DNA of 64,000 nucleotides from an uncultured Bacteroidales bacterium. GTDB taxonomy: Bacteria; Bacteroidota; Bacteroidia; Bacteroidales; VadinHA17. The stretch covers positions 98,899-162,898 of the forward strand of contig CAWHED010000004.1 in assembly GCA_963828395.1 (NCBI GenBank), written 5' to 3'. How positions within the stretch are numbered: position 1 is the stretch's first letter; each line of letters opens with the position of its first letter. Below the pieces are notes generated by a model. It was not told the origin of the DNA. It searched no databases and was given only the letters and a program-made list of their open reading frames with translations. The position numbers and the translations under genes were made by a program. Shown here piece after piece: positions 28,701 to 37,587 of the stretch.

Positions 28701-29324
28701 TCAGCAGCCGCCGGCAGGCTTCTTCTTGGCCTTTGCCGTCACCACAGGCTTGGCTGTCTTCACTGCCGTAGAGGCACCTTCCGTGGTAACAACACCGCCT
28801 CCGCCAAGCGCTGTGGCAGCACTCTTGCGGAAGTCGTACTTTGCGAACTCCTCGTTGGCACTGGTCTGCGACGGCGCCTGCGCCGACAGAATATTGCCAA
28901 ACCAGTAATTCAATCCGCCCTCCAGTACAAAGTTGTTCTCATAGCCAAGCTGCCTTGTCAGCATCCATGCTTCATTGGCCAGGACCGACCCGTTTGAATA
29001 AAAGACATTCATACGGGCATCCTGATGGAGGATATCGGTGTACTCTTCTGATAACAGGTTACTCAGGGGGATGTTGATAGCCCCCTGCAGGCTGTATGCC
29101 TCAAATTCCTCCGGCGTACGCACGTCAATAAGCTGCAGAGACGGATCCTTCTGAACGAGCATATCGGCAATGACATCAGGCGAGACGAACTGCACACCAG
29201 CCCCGGCTTCCTGCAGCAGCTCATCGGCTGATAGTTTAAAACGCTTTGTCCTGTCAGCCGGAACAGCGGCAAGGATTATCCCGAGCGGGATAATTATAAG
29301 TGCCAGTAATCTGATTGGTTTCAT
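28701..29324 (-). CDS. Exported/anchored rhodanese-like protein with Ser at the catalytic position and a low-complexity tail ending in Cys
   Basis: LIDVRTPEEFEAYSLQGAINIPL...NVFYSNGSVLANEAW...VLEGGLNYW, then the tail ..GGGGVVTTEGASTAVKTAKPVVTAKAKKKPAGGC*. Confidence 0.8.
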   Translation of the reverse strand: MKPIRLLALIIIPLGIILAAVPADRTKRFKLSADELLQEAGAGVQFVSPDVIADMLVQKDPSLQLIDVRTPEEFEAYSLQGAINIPLSNLLSEEYTDILHQDARMNVFYSNGSVLANEAWMLTRQLGYENNFVLEGGLNYWFGNILSAQAPSQTSANEEFAKYDFRKSAATALGGGGVVTTEGASTAVKTAKPVVTAKAKKKPAGGC

Positions 29325-29436
29325 AAGTATATATTTTAGTTTTTATTGGTCTTATATAACCCGTATTCTGGATTGTTGTATTCATAAAAGTTTATTATGA
29401 AATGCATGCGGGTTACATGATATTTTATTTTTGATT

Positions 29437-30027
29437 TTAATACTCTTCTCTGGGGAATTTTTTCTCTGCCCACTCAGCTACAGCAAACATTGCCAGCGCT
29501 ACAAGGATAAGTAACAGGCCGAAGAGCCCGTCTTTCATGCCCAGTGACTCACTTACCCTGGGTTCACCGAGATAATGTGCGAAGTACATTTTCTCCCAGA
29601 GAGGGTAAGTGAATGCGAAGCCATACACACCGATGAAAAGACCCAGAACAAAAACCATTCCGTCAATTTTTCCTATAGCTGCTCCCGTGAAGCTTGTTCC
29701 GGGGCAGAAGCCGCCCATGATGAAGCCGGCTCCCATCACCACACCACCCACTATGGCGGAGGTTAGATAGGTTGGATTGACATAGACAAGGTCAAGGTCG
29801 ATCCATCCAAAGAGGCTCATAAACAGTAATCCTATCATGCATGTGATGGCTCCGGTGAAGAAGACCTTGAGAACTACGGCATCATAGCCGTAGAATATGC
29901 CGGCCAGCTTTCTGCTTGATGAGAAACCCGAGCTCTCAAGTACAAATCCGAAAGCGATGCCGATGAAGAATGCGAGGAGAAAATTTGTGTTCTCCGTTAT
30001 AATGCCGTTTGGTGCTAATGGTCCCAT
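29437..30027 (-). CDS. YeeE/YedE-family (sulfur/thiosulfate transport) membrane protein, C-terminal-half homologue
   Basis: Multi-TM protein with the conserved GGFCPGTS motif. Confidence 0.8.
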   Translation of the reverse strand: MGPLAPNGIITENTNFLLAFFIGIAFGFVLESSGFSSSRKLAGIFYGYDAVVLKVFFTGAITCMIGLLFMSLFGWIDLDLVYVNPTYLTSAIVGGVVMGAGFIMGGFCPGTSFTGAAIGKIDGMVFVLGLFIGVYGFAFTYPLWEKMYFAHYLGEPRVSESLGMKDGLFGLLLILVALAMFAVAEWAEKKFPREEY

Positions 30028-30043
30028 TTTGTTCTCCTTCCTT

Positions 30044-30580
30044 TTATATCCAGTTTCTTCTGAAGAAATATGCCAGTCCGAAGGCTGTGCCGAAGATGGC
30101 CATCATGGTAATGAAGCCCCCCAGTGACAGCACTCCCATGCCGCTCAGGGCTGAGCCGCTGGTACATCCGCGTCCGAGCTGAGAGCCGAAGCCAAAGAGT
30201 GTCCCTCCCATGAGTGCGAAGATCAATCTGCGCCCCGAGGTTATCTTCGGTGAATGTTCTACTTTCAGCTTCAGACGTCCGGCAAGCGCCCCGGAAATGA
30301 AACCACCGACGAGCACACCCAGCATCTCAAAGACAAGCCATGATCTCATTGGGCTGCCGCTGTGCGACTGCGCATATTCAGCCATGAATGGCATTGTGTT
30401 AACGGCGTCTTTATGGACAACCTCAATGGTTGTGGCCACAACGCTCTTGATGGCGCCGCTGGCTCCGAGACCCCTTCCTGAGATGAAGTTGGCAGCAAGC
30501 AGTACGAGGCCCAGCAGTACGCCTCCCAGGTACGGATTGAGGTATCTTCTGCTCCTCTCTGTTTTCGAAATATTGCTCAT
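30044..30580 (-). CDS. YeeE/YedE-family membrane protein, N-terminal-half homologue
   Basis: Multi-TM protein with the LGRGCTSGSALSG motif. Confidence 0.8.
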   Translation of the reverse strand: MSNISKTERSRRYLNPYLGGVLLGLVLLAANFISGRGLGASGAIKSVVATTIEVVHKDAVNTMPFMAEYAQSHSGSPMRSWLVFEMLGVLVGGFISGALAGRLKLKVEHSPKITSGRRLIFALMGGTLFGFGSQLGRGCTSGSALSGMGVLSLGGFITMMAIFGTAFGLAYFFRRNWI

Positions 30581-30601
30581 ATTGTATTTATTTTATTGTG
30601 A

Positions 30602-31544
30602 TCAGTATAACCAGCGGCTCACCTGTCCGGCAAAGACAAAGACAAACCGGAACATAAGGCTCCCGAACAGTACCAGGACGCCCGGCACTATTGCAGGAAT
30701 ATGATATCCGCGTAGTTCCATCAGGTCAAGAAATGCGGGTATTACCAAACCCAGGAAGACAACGAAGATCCAGAAGGCCATCGTGTACTGCCCTCCCAGA
30801 AAAAGTCCGGCTGCCTCTACCTGCACCTGTGTGGATGCCAGGAATCCCATGAACATATGAACTATCAGAAAGAGTTCCACCCCCAGAATGATCAGGTCAA
30901 TTTTCGTGAAGAGCAGCCTCTCCTTCGGATCCCTCGACATAAGAACAATCGCCGCCGCACCTGCCGAGAGCCCTGAAGCTAAAAACAGCGGCCCGAGGAC
31001 CGAGGTATTCCACAGGGGCCTCGCATTAAAGGCAGAGAGAAGGATCCCGGTATATATGCCGGTAATAACTGCATAAATAAGAATCACCCATGCCAGTACC
31101 TTTTTGTATTTATTGAAGAAGGTCTCCAGATCCTTCAGCCACTGATATTTCCAGTCCCATTTCGGAAAAAGATCCCTGATGTGCAGGGCTGACCAGACAA
31201 CTGAGGCGGCGGTTATCACAAGCAGTGTCCATGCGCCCCACGACATAGGTGATTGCAGCCTGATGGCAGTATAGAGCTGCCAGAAATATGCTTTGTGACG
31301 CAAGTCAAAAAAGAGTGCTGCCAGACCGATAATTAGCAGTACAGGAGCGATAAACGGGACTTTGCGCACAGCTGTGGGATATTCTTTTTCTTTCCCCATG
31401 AGATAATAGAGTGCTGCAAAAAACAAGAATTCCTGCTGCAAGTCCGCCCAGAAACAGGTAAAGCGGAATGGGCCAGTGCCATATTTGCAGATGCGGGTCA
31501 ACCATCAGGTTTTCTCTTCCGCTGATAATAAGCTCTTCGTTCAT
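30602..31544 (-). pseudogene. NrfD/PsrC-type membrane anchor subunit of the molybdopterin reductase, frame broken at a homopolymer
   Basis: ORF 31305..31544 gives MNEELIISGRENLMVDPHLQIWHWPIPLYLFLGGLAAGILVF. ORF 30602..31501 continues in the +1 frame with FFAALYYLMGKEKEYP.... The junction is a T6 run on the minus strand (plus-strand A6 at 31418-31423). Removing one T restores ..AAGILVFAALYYLMGK... Confidence 0.8.
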
Positions 31545-31551
31545 TGTCTGC

Positions 31552-32085
31552 TCAGATTAGGAAATATAGCTGCGGGCGCGTTCCTGCCTCGGGAATAAGT
31601 GTCTTCGACTTGCGCTTCTTCAGTATGGCGCTTACATCGCTGTTCGGGTCGTCGAGGTCGCCAAAGTACATGCATTTGGTTGGACATACGGCCACACATG
31701 CGGGTTTCATCCCTTCCTTCACACGGTGGTAACAGAACGTGCATTTGTCGACGTATCCTTTTGGATGAGGGTAACGTGCATCGTACGGACAGGAAGCGAT
31801 ACAGGCGCCGCAGCCAATGCATCTGTTCTGTTTTACAAGTACAATGCCTCCTTCGGTTTTGTGGCTTGCACCTGTAGGGCAGCATCTGACGCAGGGCGCG
31901 TTGTCGCAGTGGTTGCAGCGCTCTGACCTAAGTTCTACCTCAAGCTGCGGGTATGTGCCATCCATTGTCTCCACTACCCAGTCGCGACAGTAACCTATAG
32001 GTACATCGTTTTCTGTCTGGCATGCCACGACACAGTCGCTGCATCCCACGCATTTCTTCGTATCAACAGCCATCGCATATCTCAT
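31552..32085 (-). CDS. 4Fe-4S ferredoxin-type electron-transfer subunit (PsrB/PhsB/NrfC-like)
   Basis: Four Cys clusters, e.g. CVGCSDCVVACQTEN, CNHCDNAPCVRCCP, CIGCGACIASCP and CTFCYHR. It overlaps the catalytic subunit gene by 4 nt. Confidence 0.9.
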   Translation of the reverse strand: MRYAMAVDTKKCVGCSDCVVACQTENDVPIGYCRDWVVETMDGTYPQLEVELRSERCNHCDNAPCVRCCPTGASHKTEGGIVLVKQNRCIGCGACIASCPYDARYPHPKGYVDKCTFCYHRVKEGMKPACVAVCPTKCMYFGDLDDPNSDVSAILKKRKSKTLIPEAGTRPQLYFLI

Positions 32086-34319
32086 GACGCCACCTCCTCT
32101 TTACCCAGGTCAGTAATGAAGGTCACGAAGTTGCCCCTCATGCCTGTCCCCCCCATGACCGGATCAGTCATAACATTTGTTATCAGTTTCGTGTCGTTCG
32201 CACCCCGGCCATAGGTCCTGGTCAGTTTCTTGTCAGCATGACCAAACCCGTGTACCATATACACAGAATCCCATCTGATCCTTTCGGTGATTCGTACTTT
32301 TATCGGAAAATCCGTCTCAACTCCATCCTGGTTCTTCATGTGAATGTATTGTCCTGACGACAATCCCCATTCTTTTGCCACGCGAGGATTGACCCAAAGG
32401 GAATTCTCATCCATCAGGTCAAAAAGATTAGCATTGTTGGATGTCCGGCTGAAAGTATGCATGGGCGCCCTTCCGTAAATGAGCCTGTAAAAGCCTTCGG
32501 GAGGTTCCGGATGCGGCGTATAAACCGGAAGCGGACCGAAACCCTCATTTTCCATGGTTGTCGAGTACAGCTCGATCTTTTCAGTATTGGTCCAGAATGA
32601 GATGTCTTCTCCTTCGCCGAAGAAGAGGTCACCGACCTCCCGTTCCCATGTTTTTACTCCCGCTTTCTTCATCTCTTCAAGTGAGCTTCCCATCTGTTTC
32701 AGCTGCCAGTCGAGCAGGTCTTCAATTTTCTCAAATGGGAAATACTCGCCCTTGCCCAGCCTTTTAGCCAGTTCACGTGCCATCCAGTATGCCGGTTTTG
32801 ATTCATATTTTGGTTCGACGGCAGGTATCCGCAGTGCGATTGCCGGTTTGCGATGCGGGCTGTCTCTCAGCAAGTCATAGCGCTCAAGATAAGTGCACTC
32901 GGGAAGCACCACATCAGCCCATCCTGTTATCTCCATCGGCATGGTGTCAACAGCAACTATGAGATCGAGGTTCTGTATGGCTTCAAGAGTATGCTCAGTA
33001 TCGGGAACCGTCAGTGGCAGGTTTGTCCCTGACACCAGCCAGCCTTTTATCATCGCTTCCTTTTCAGGGGCCGGGATGCTGGCATCAATGAGCACATTCG
33101 CCACACCCAGGTCAGCGAGATTGTATTTGCCGGGATACCATTCGCGCCATGTCTTTTCAGGTGCCGGGTACTCCGGATGCGGGTATACCGGGATGGTTTT
33201 ACCCTCTTGTTTATAGAAGCCTCCGCGGCGTCCCCATGAGCCAAGAAGGGCGTTCAGTATAGCCACTGCCCTTATACGCTGGGTGTCATCACCGTACCAG
33301 GTCACATGACGACCGGGATGCACAATTACTGCCGGTGACGCCTGCGCCATTTCGCGCGCCGTCTCCCTTATCACTGTCGGGTTTATGGTGGTTATACCGT
33401 ACGCCCATTCCGGAGTGAAGTTTCTGACGTGCTCTTTAAGTTCATCAAACCCGTGGCAGTATTTCCCGACGTATTTCTTATCGTAAAAATCATTGTAGAT
33501 GATCTCATGTATCCAGGCGAGCAGCAAGGCAAGATCAGTGGCAGGCTTGATGGGGAGCCAGTATTTTGATTTGCCGGCTGCCGTCGAGAATCGCGGATCG
33601 ACAGTGATGATAGTGGCGCCTTTATCAATAGCATCAGACATCTCCTGTACCTGTCCGTTATGCATGTTCTCCCCGATGTGCGATCCAATGAGCACAAGAC
33701 AGCGCGTGTCGCGTATGTCAGTGTTTTCAGGCGAGCCAGGATTCTCTCCGAAAGTGGCTGCAAAAGCCACATCGCGGGGTCCCCGGCACTGTGCGAACGA
33801 TGGCTGGGCATAATTCCCGGCTCCCAATGCTTTAAAAAGATCAGTGAAGTATTTTCCACCTGAACCGTGATAGAAGAGCGCAAGGCTCTCCGGACCGTTC
33901 TTCGCAATTATTTCTTTCATTTTGCCGGCAACATGATCCAGGGCCTCTTCCCAGGAAGCTTCCCGGAAAACCTGCTTTCCGCGCTCCTCAACTCTTATCA
34001 GGGGTACTTTAAGCCTGTCTTCATCATAATACATTCCGGGACCTCCTGTGCCGCGAGGACAGAATCTGCCGCTGCTGTGCTGGTCTTCATTATTCCCGGT
34101 GATCTTTTTAATGTTTCCCCCGTCATCTTTCCATACCCAGCCAGCGCATTTCCAGAAGCATACTTCACAGTATGTCGGGGTTCGTCCGGTGAGGACGGCC
34201 AGGGTGGCTTTCCGGCCTTCAGTGAGCTCTGAGCCTAAAAGCCTGAAGCCCGCTGCGCCTGTCATCACTGCTCCTGCCCCTATGGCTGAGATCCTGATGA
34301 ATTGCCTGCGTGTTGACAT
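32082..34319 (-). CDS. Tat-exported molybdopterin oxidoreductase catalytic subunit (polysulfide/thiosulfate/tetrathionate-reductase type)
   Basis: Tat leader MSTRRQFIRISAIGAGA and the N-terminal 4Fe-4S motif (CEVCFWKCAG..GRFCPRG). The 745-aa length is typical of PsrA/PhsA. Substrate cannot be assigned from sequence alone. Confidence 0.88.
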   Translation of the reverse strand: MSTRRQFIRISAIGAGAVMTGAAGFRLLGSELTEGRKATLAVLTGRTPTYCEVCFWKCAGWVWKDDGGNIKKITGNNEDQHSSGRFCPRGTGGPGMYYDEDRLKVPLIRVEERGKQVFREASWEEALDHVAGKMKEIIAKNGPESLALFYHGSGGKYFTDLFKALGAGNYAQPSFAQCRGPRDVAFAATFGENPGSPENTDIRDTRCLVLIGSHIGENMHNGQVQEMSDAIDKGATIITVDPRFSTAAGKSKYWLPIKPATDLALLLAWIHEIIYNDFYDKKYVGKYCHGFDELKEHVRNFTPEWAYGITTINPTVIRETAREMAQASPAVIVHPGRHVTWYGDDTQRIRAVAILNALLGSWGRRGGFYKQEGKTIPVYPHPEYPAPEKTWREWYPGKYNLADLGVANVLIDASIPAPEKEAMIKGWLVSGTNLPLTVPDTEHTLEAIQNLDLIVAVDTMPMEITGWADVVLPECTYLERYDLLRDSPHRKPAIALRIPAVEPKYESKPAYWMARELAKRLGKGEYFPFEKIEDLLDWQLKQMGSSLEEMKKAGVKTWEREVGDLFFGEGEDISFWTNTEKIELYSTTMENEGFGPLPVYTPHPEPPEGFYRLIYGRAPMHTFSRTSNNANLFDLMDENSLWVNPRVAKEWGLSSGQYIHMKNQDGVETDFPIKVRITERIRWDSVYMVHGFGHADKKLTRTYGRGANDTKLITNVMTDPVMGGTGMRGNFVTFITDLGKEEVAS

Positions 34320-34392
34320 TTGTTAAACTGTTTTACCGTGTGTCGTGATTATTTCGGGATATCTGGATACCACCTATTGAGAACGGGCTAAT

Positions 34393-34416
34393 GTACTGTT
34401 TTTAAAATAACAGTAC
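34393..34416. repeat. 8-bp inverted repeat between the ettA stop and the reductase operon start (weak terminator or operator)
   Basis: gtactgtt-tttaaaat-aacagtac. No flanking U-tract on the minus strand. Confidence 0.3.
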
Positions 34417-34461
34417 CAGGAGTATGATAAATATGATATCTCCCGCCGGCTACAGGACTGC

Positions 34462-36144
34462 TTATGCCAGCTTTTTGTATTTAATCCTTACGGGACCGGC
34501 GTCAGCAGTGCGTTTGCGGTAGTTCTCATCATATTCCGAGAAGTCGCCCTCAAACCATACCACTTTTGAATCGCCCTCGAAGGCGAGGATATGTGTTGCA
34601 ACGCGGTCAAGGAACCAGCGGTCATGCGAGATGATCACCGCACATCCGGCGAAATTCTCAAGTCCTTCTTCCAGGGCACGAAGCGTGTTGACATCAATGT
34701 CATTTGTCGGTTCATCAAGCAGAAGTACGTTGGCTCCGCTCTTTAGGGTCAGTGCCAGGTGCAGCCTGTTGCGTTCACCTCCGGAGAGAACTCCGCATTT
34801 CTTTTCCTGGTCAGCGCCGGTGAAGTTGAACCGTGCGGCATAAGCCCTCGCATTGACGGGCCTGTTACCTACCATAACCTCATCGACACCACCCGAGATC
34901 ACCTCGTAAACGCTTTTTTTCGGGTCAATGTCTGCGTGGGCCTGATCTACATATCCCAGTGTCACTGTGCCACCCACCTCAAAGGTACCTTTGTCTACCT
35001 TTTCCTGGCCCATGATCATGCGGAAGAGCGTTGTCTTGCCGGCGCCGTTGGGCCCAATGACCCCCACTATACCGTTTGGAGGAAGGTTAAACTCAAGATC
35101 TTCAAAAAGTATTTTTTCGCCGAACCCTTTTGAAACACCCTTCGCCTTTATCACCTTATCACCCAGTCTCGGTCCGTTGGGGATGAAAATCTCAAGCTTA
35201 TCCTCCTTCTGTTTCACGTCCTGGTTAAGAAGGCTCTCGTAAGCGCTTAGGCGCGCCTTTGACTTGGCACGTCTTGCCTTTGGTGACATCCTGACCCATT
35301 CGAGCTCATGCTCGAGGGTCTTACGCCGTTTGACATTGCCCTTTTCCTCGAGCTCAAGCCGTTTTGTCTTCTGCTCGAGCCACGATGTATAATTACCCTT
35401 CCATGGTATTCCCTCTCCACGGTCAAGCTCAAGTATCCATCCTGCAACGTTGTCAAGGAAATATCTGTCGTGTGTTATGCAAATGACAGTGCCCTTATAC
35501 TGTTTCAGATGGGTCTCAAGCCACTGTACGCTCTCTGCATCGAGATGGTTTGTGGGCTCATCGAGCAGGAGGACGTCAGGCTCAAGGAGTAGCAGGCGGC
35601 ATAATGCCACCCTGCGGCGTTCACCTCCGGAAAGGATATTGACAGGTGTAGACGGATCAGGACACTGAAGGGCATCCATGGCGCGTTCAAGGCGGTGTTC
35701 GAGGTTCCATCCGTCAAGAGCTTCGATCTTTTCCTGCAGCTCCGCCTGACGGTTCATCAGCTTCTCCATGGCGTCAGGGTTCTCATAGACTGCGGGCTCG
35801 CCGAAGCGCAGGTTGATATCCTCATATTCCTTCAGGACTGCCACCACATTGGCTGCACCTTCCTCGACAATTTCACGCACAGTGCGTTTCTCATCCATCA
35901 GGGGATCCTGCGGCATGTGACCTACCGTGTAGCCCGGCGAGAAAACCACTTCACCCTGATACTCCCTCTCAATACCGGCAATGATTTTCAGAAGCGTCGA
36001 TTTTCCGGAGCCGTTGAGACCGATAATACCGATCTTGGCGCCCAGGAAAAAGGAGAGGGAAATATCTTTGATAACCTGTCTGTGAGGAGGGTAGCTCTTG
36101 CTTACCCTGAACATGGAAAAAATGATCTTCTTGTCGTCAGCCAT
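34462..36144 (-). CDS. ettA: ABC-F ATPase, energy-dependent translational throttle EttA
   Basis: 560 aa with two ABC cassettes (GLNGSGKST / GPNGAGKTT; LSGGERRRV / LSGGERNRL) and the characteristic N-terminus KIIFSMFRVSKSYPP. Confidence 0.9.
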   Translation of the reverse strand: MADDKKIIFSMFRVSKSYPPHRQVIKDISLSFFLGAKIGIIGLNGSGKSTLLKIIAGIEREYQGEVVFSPGYTVGHMPQDPLMDEKRTVREIVEEGAANVVAVLKEYEDINLRFGEPAVYENPDAMEKLMNRQAELQEKIEALDGWNLEHRLERAMDALQCPDPSTPVNILSGGERRRVALCRLLLLEPDVLLLDEPTNHLDAESVQWLETHLKQYKGTVICITHDRYFLDNVAGWILELDRGEGIPWKGNYTSWLEQKTKRLELEEKGNVKRRKTLEHELEWVRMSPKARRAKSKARLSAYESLLNQDVKQKEDKLEIFIPNGPRLGDKVIKAKGVSKGFGEKILFEDLEFNLPPNGIVGVIGPNGAGKTTLFRMIMGQEKVDKGTFEVGGTVTLGYVDQAHADIDPKKSVYEVISGGVDEVMVGNRPVNARAYAARFNFTGADQEKKCGVLSGGERNRLHLALTLKSGANVLLLDEPTNDIDVNTLRALEEGLENFAGCAVIISHDRWFLDRVATHILAFEGDSKVVWFEGDFSEYDENYRKRTADAGPVRIKYKKLA

Positions 36145-36165
36145 AATTCATCTGGTTAATGACGA

Positions 36166-36173
36166 CAAAAATA
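36166..36173 (-). promoter_or_regulatory. -7-like promoter element (TATTTTTG on the minus strand) for ettA
   Basis: The plus strand reads caaaaata. It lies 22 nt upstream of the ATG at 36144. Confidence 0.35.
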
Positions 36174-36207
36174 ATCATTTTGCCTGCGGCAGAAATATAA
36201 TGGTTCT

Positions 36208-36666
36208 TTATTGTGTCACAGAGCCGCCCGGGCAGCCTTTGGCAAAGAGGGAAACAGTCTCCTGTTGCACGAGTACCCAGATGATATAGACACCCTTGAG
36301 CGTTCCGATTGGAATATTCAGCAATCCCAATGCTGCCATGACGAGGGTGAGTATCCTGGCCCACGGCCTGCATGATAATAATCCTATGCCGCCGGCTATC
36401 ATGGCACCGCCGAAAAGGAACATCAGCACAATAATCGGGGTGCCGATTATTGCCAGTACCTTAATTGCAGTGGGGTCGTCAACAAACTGGTCGACAAAAC
36501 CTAAGACGAATGCAAAACCAAGAGCGCCAATGACTATCAGTGCCCCGAATACTATCTGAAGGATTGCAGCGACATGAATATGCTTTCTCATCCTGTTCTC
36601 TTCAACGGTTGTGTTCTCCTGCGAGATCTTGTTCTCTTCCATTTTATCGTGATTTAGGTTTTCCAA
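36208..36666 (-). CDS. Hypothetical 4-TM membrane protein
   Basis: Polar N-terminus followed by four hydrophobic segments. No family recognised. Confidence 0.5.
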   Translation of the reverse strand: MENLNHDKMEENKISQENTTVEENRMRKHIHVAAILQIVFGALIVIGALGFAFVLGFVDQFVDDPTAIKVLAIIGTPIIVLMFLFGGAMIAGGIGLLSCRPWARILTLVMAALGLLNIPIGTLKGVYIIWVLVQQETVSLFAKGCPGGSVTQ

Positions 36667-36730
36667 TGTTACCTGATTAATGACTCTAATTTAATAAAAA
36701 TGCTGCATCGCCGCGTTGTGACTATTTTTT

Positions 36731-36738
36731 TACCTTTG
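36731..36738 (+). promoter_or_regulatory. -7-like promoter element TACCTTTG
   Basis: Fits TAnnTTTG and lies 13 nt upstream of the ATG at 36751. Confidence 0.35.
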
Positions 36739-36750
36739 CCCTAAATTCTG

Positions 36751-36987
36751 ATGAAGATGAAAAGGAAGCTTGTTTACGCAGCCGGTCTGATCATGATTGC
36801 CTGTTCATTCACCGCATGTGATATGCTGGGCGGAGGTTGTCAGACGTGCCAGACGGTGTCGTACGAAAACAACAACCCGATCGCCTGGGGCATTCCTGCA
36901 GAGTATTGTGACAATGACCTGGTTACCATAAAGACAACGCCTCCCTCAACCGTCAACGGCGTAACAACACAGTGGGAGTGCAATTAA
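36751..36987 (+). CDS. Small Cys-rich lipoprotein, hypothetical
   Basis: Lipobox LIMIACS. Five further Cys follow (ACDMLGGGCQTCQT..EYCDN..WECN). Confidence 0.5.
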   Translation: MKMKRKLVYAAGLIMIACSFTACDMLGGGCQTCQTVSYENNNPIAWGIPAEYCDNDLVTIKTTPPSTVNGVTTQWECN

Positions 36988-37117
36988 TCAGCCTGTTACG
37001 TTCCTCATCTGATAGTTATTAACATTCTGTTTTTTTGTTTAAAAATTGTTGTTAAGAATTTAGCGGCAGGATTGACTTTGTTAAATATAATGTCTAATCT
37101 TGTTTACTCTCGCCGGG

Positions 37118-37125
37118 TAACTTTG
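37118..37125 (+). promoter_or_regulatory. -7-like promoter element TAACTTTG
   Basis: Fits TAnnTTTG and lies 44 nt upstream of the ATG at 37169. Confidence 0.3.
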
Positions 37126-37168
37126 TGTTGATTTCGGAATACTAACCCCCGGATTCAATTTATACGAA

Positions 37169-37573
37169 ATGCTGGACATCACAGGTAAAAGAATTGCGAT
37201 CGTTGAAGACGACATTGCATCACTGAAGTATTATGAGACACTGCTACGGGAAACCGGGGCTGCAGTAGACATTTTCCGCAACGGAAAGGAATTCGTTGAG
37301 GCTGTCACTTCAGGCAAGGCCGTGTATGACATGGTTTTCATGGATTTCCTTGTGCCGCTGGTCAACGGCATTGACTGCACAAGGGCCTTTCGCCAGGTAA
37401 ACCGCTCAGCACCCGTTATCCTTGTCACGGCATATTATTCCGAACAGACAAAGAATGAGGCTTATATTGCAGGATGCACAGAATATAACCTCAAGCCCAT
37501 CTTCCCTGACAAGGTCTATATGATCCTGGAGAAGTACCTCACTCCGCGGCCTGCATACCAGATGAACGATTGA
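37169..37573 (+). CDS. Stand-alone response-regulator receiver (CheY-like)
   Basis: IAIVEDD acidic pocket, phospho-acceptor in VFMDFLVP, VTAY and LKPI. Confidence 0.8.
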   Translation: MLDITGKRIAIVEDDIASLKYYETLLRETGAAVDIFRNGKEFVEAVTSGKAVYDMVFMDFLVPLVNGIDCTRAFRQVNRSAPVILVTAYYSEQTKNEAYIAGCTEYNLKPIFPDKVYMILEKYLTPRPAYQMND

Positions 37574-37587
37574 TTTTTTGCCGGCAG

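Noticed and set aside
28636-28908. 90-aa plus-strand ORF
   Set aside because: It starts inside the tRNA-Arg gene and runs antisense through the low-complexity tail of the rhodanese-like gene. Its Ala/Pro-rich sequence mirrors that tail.
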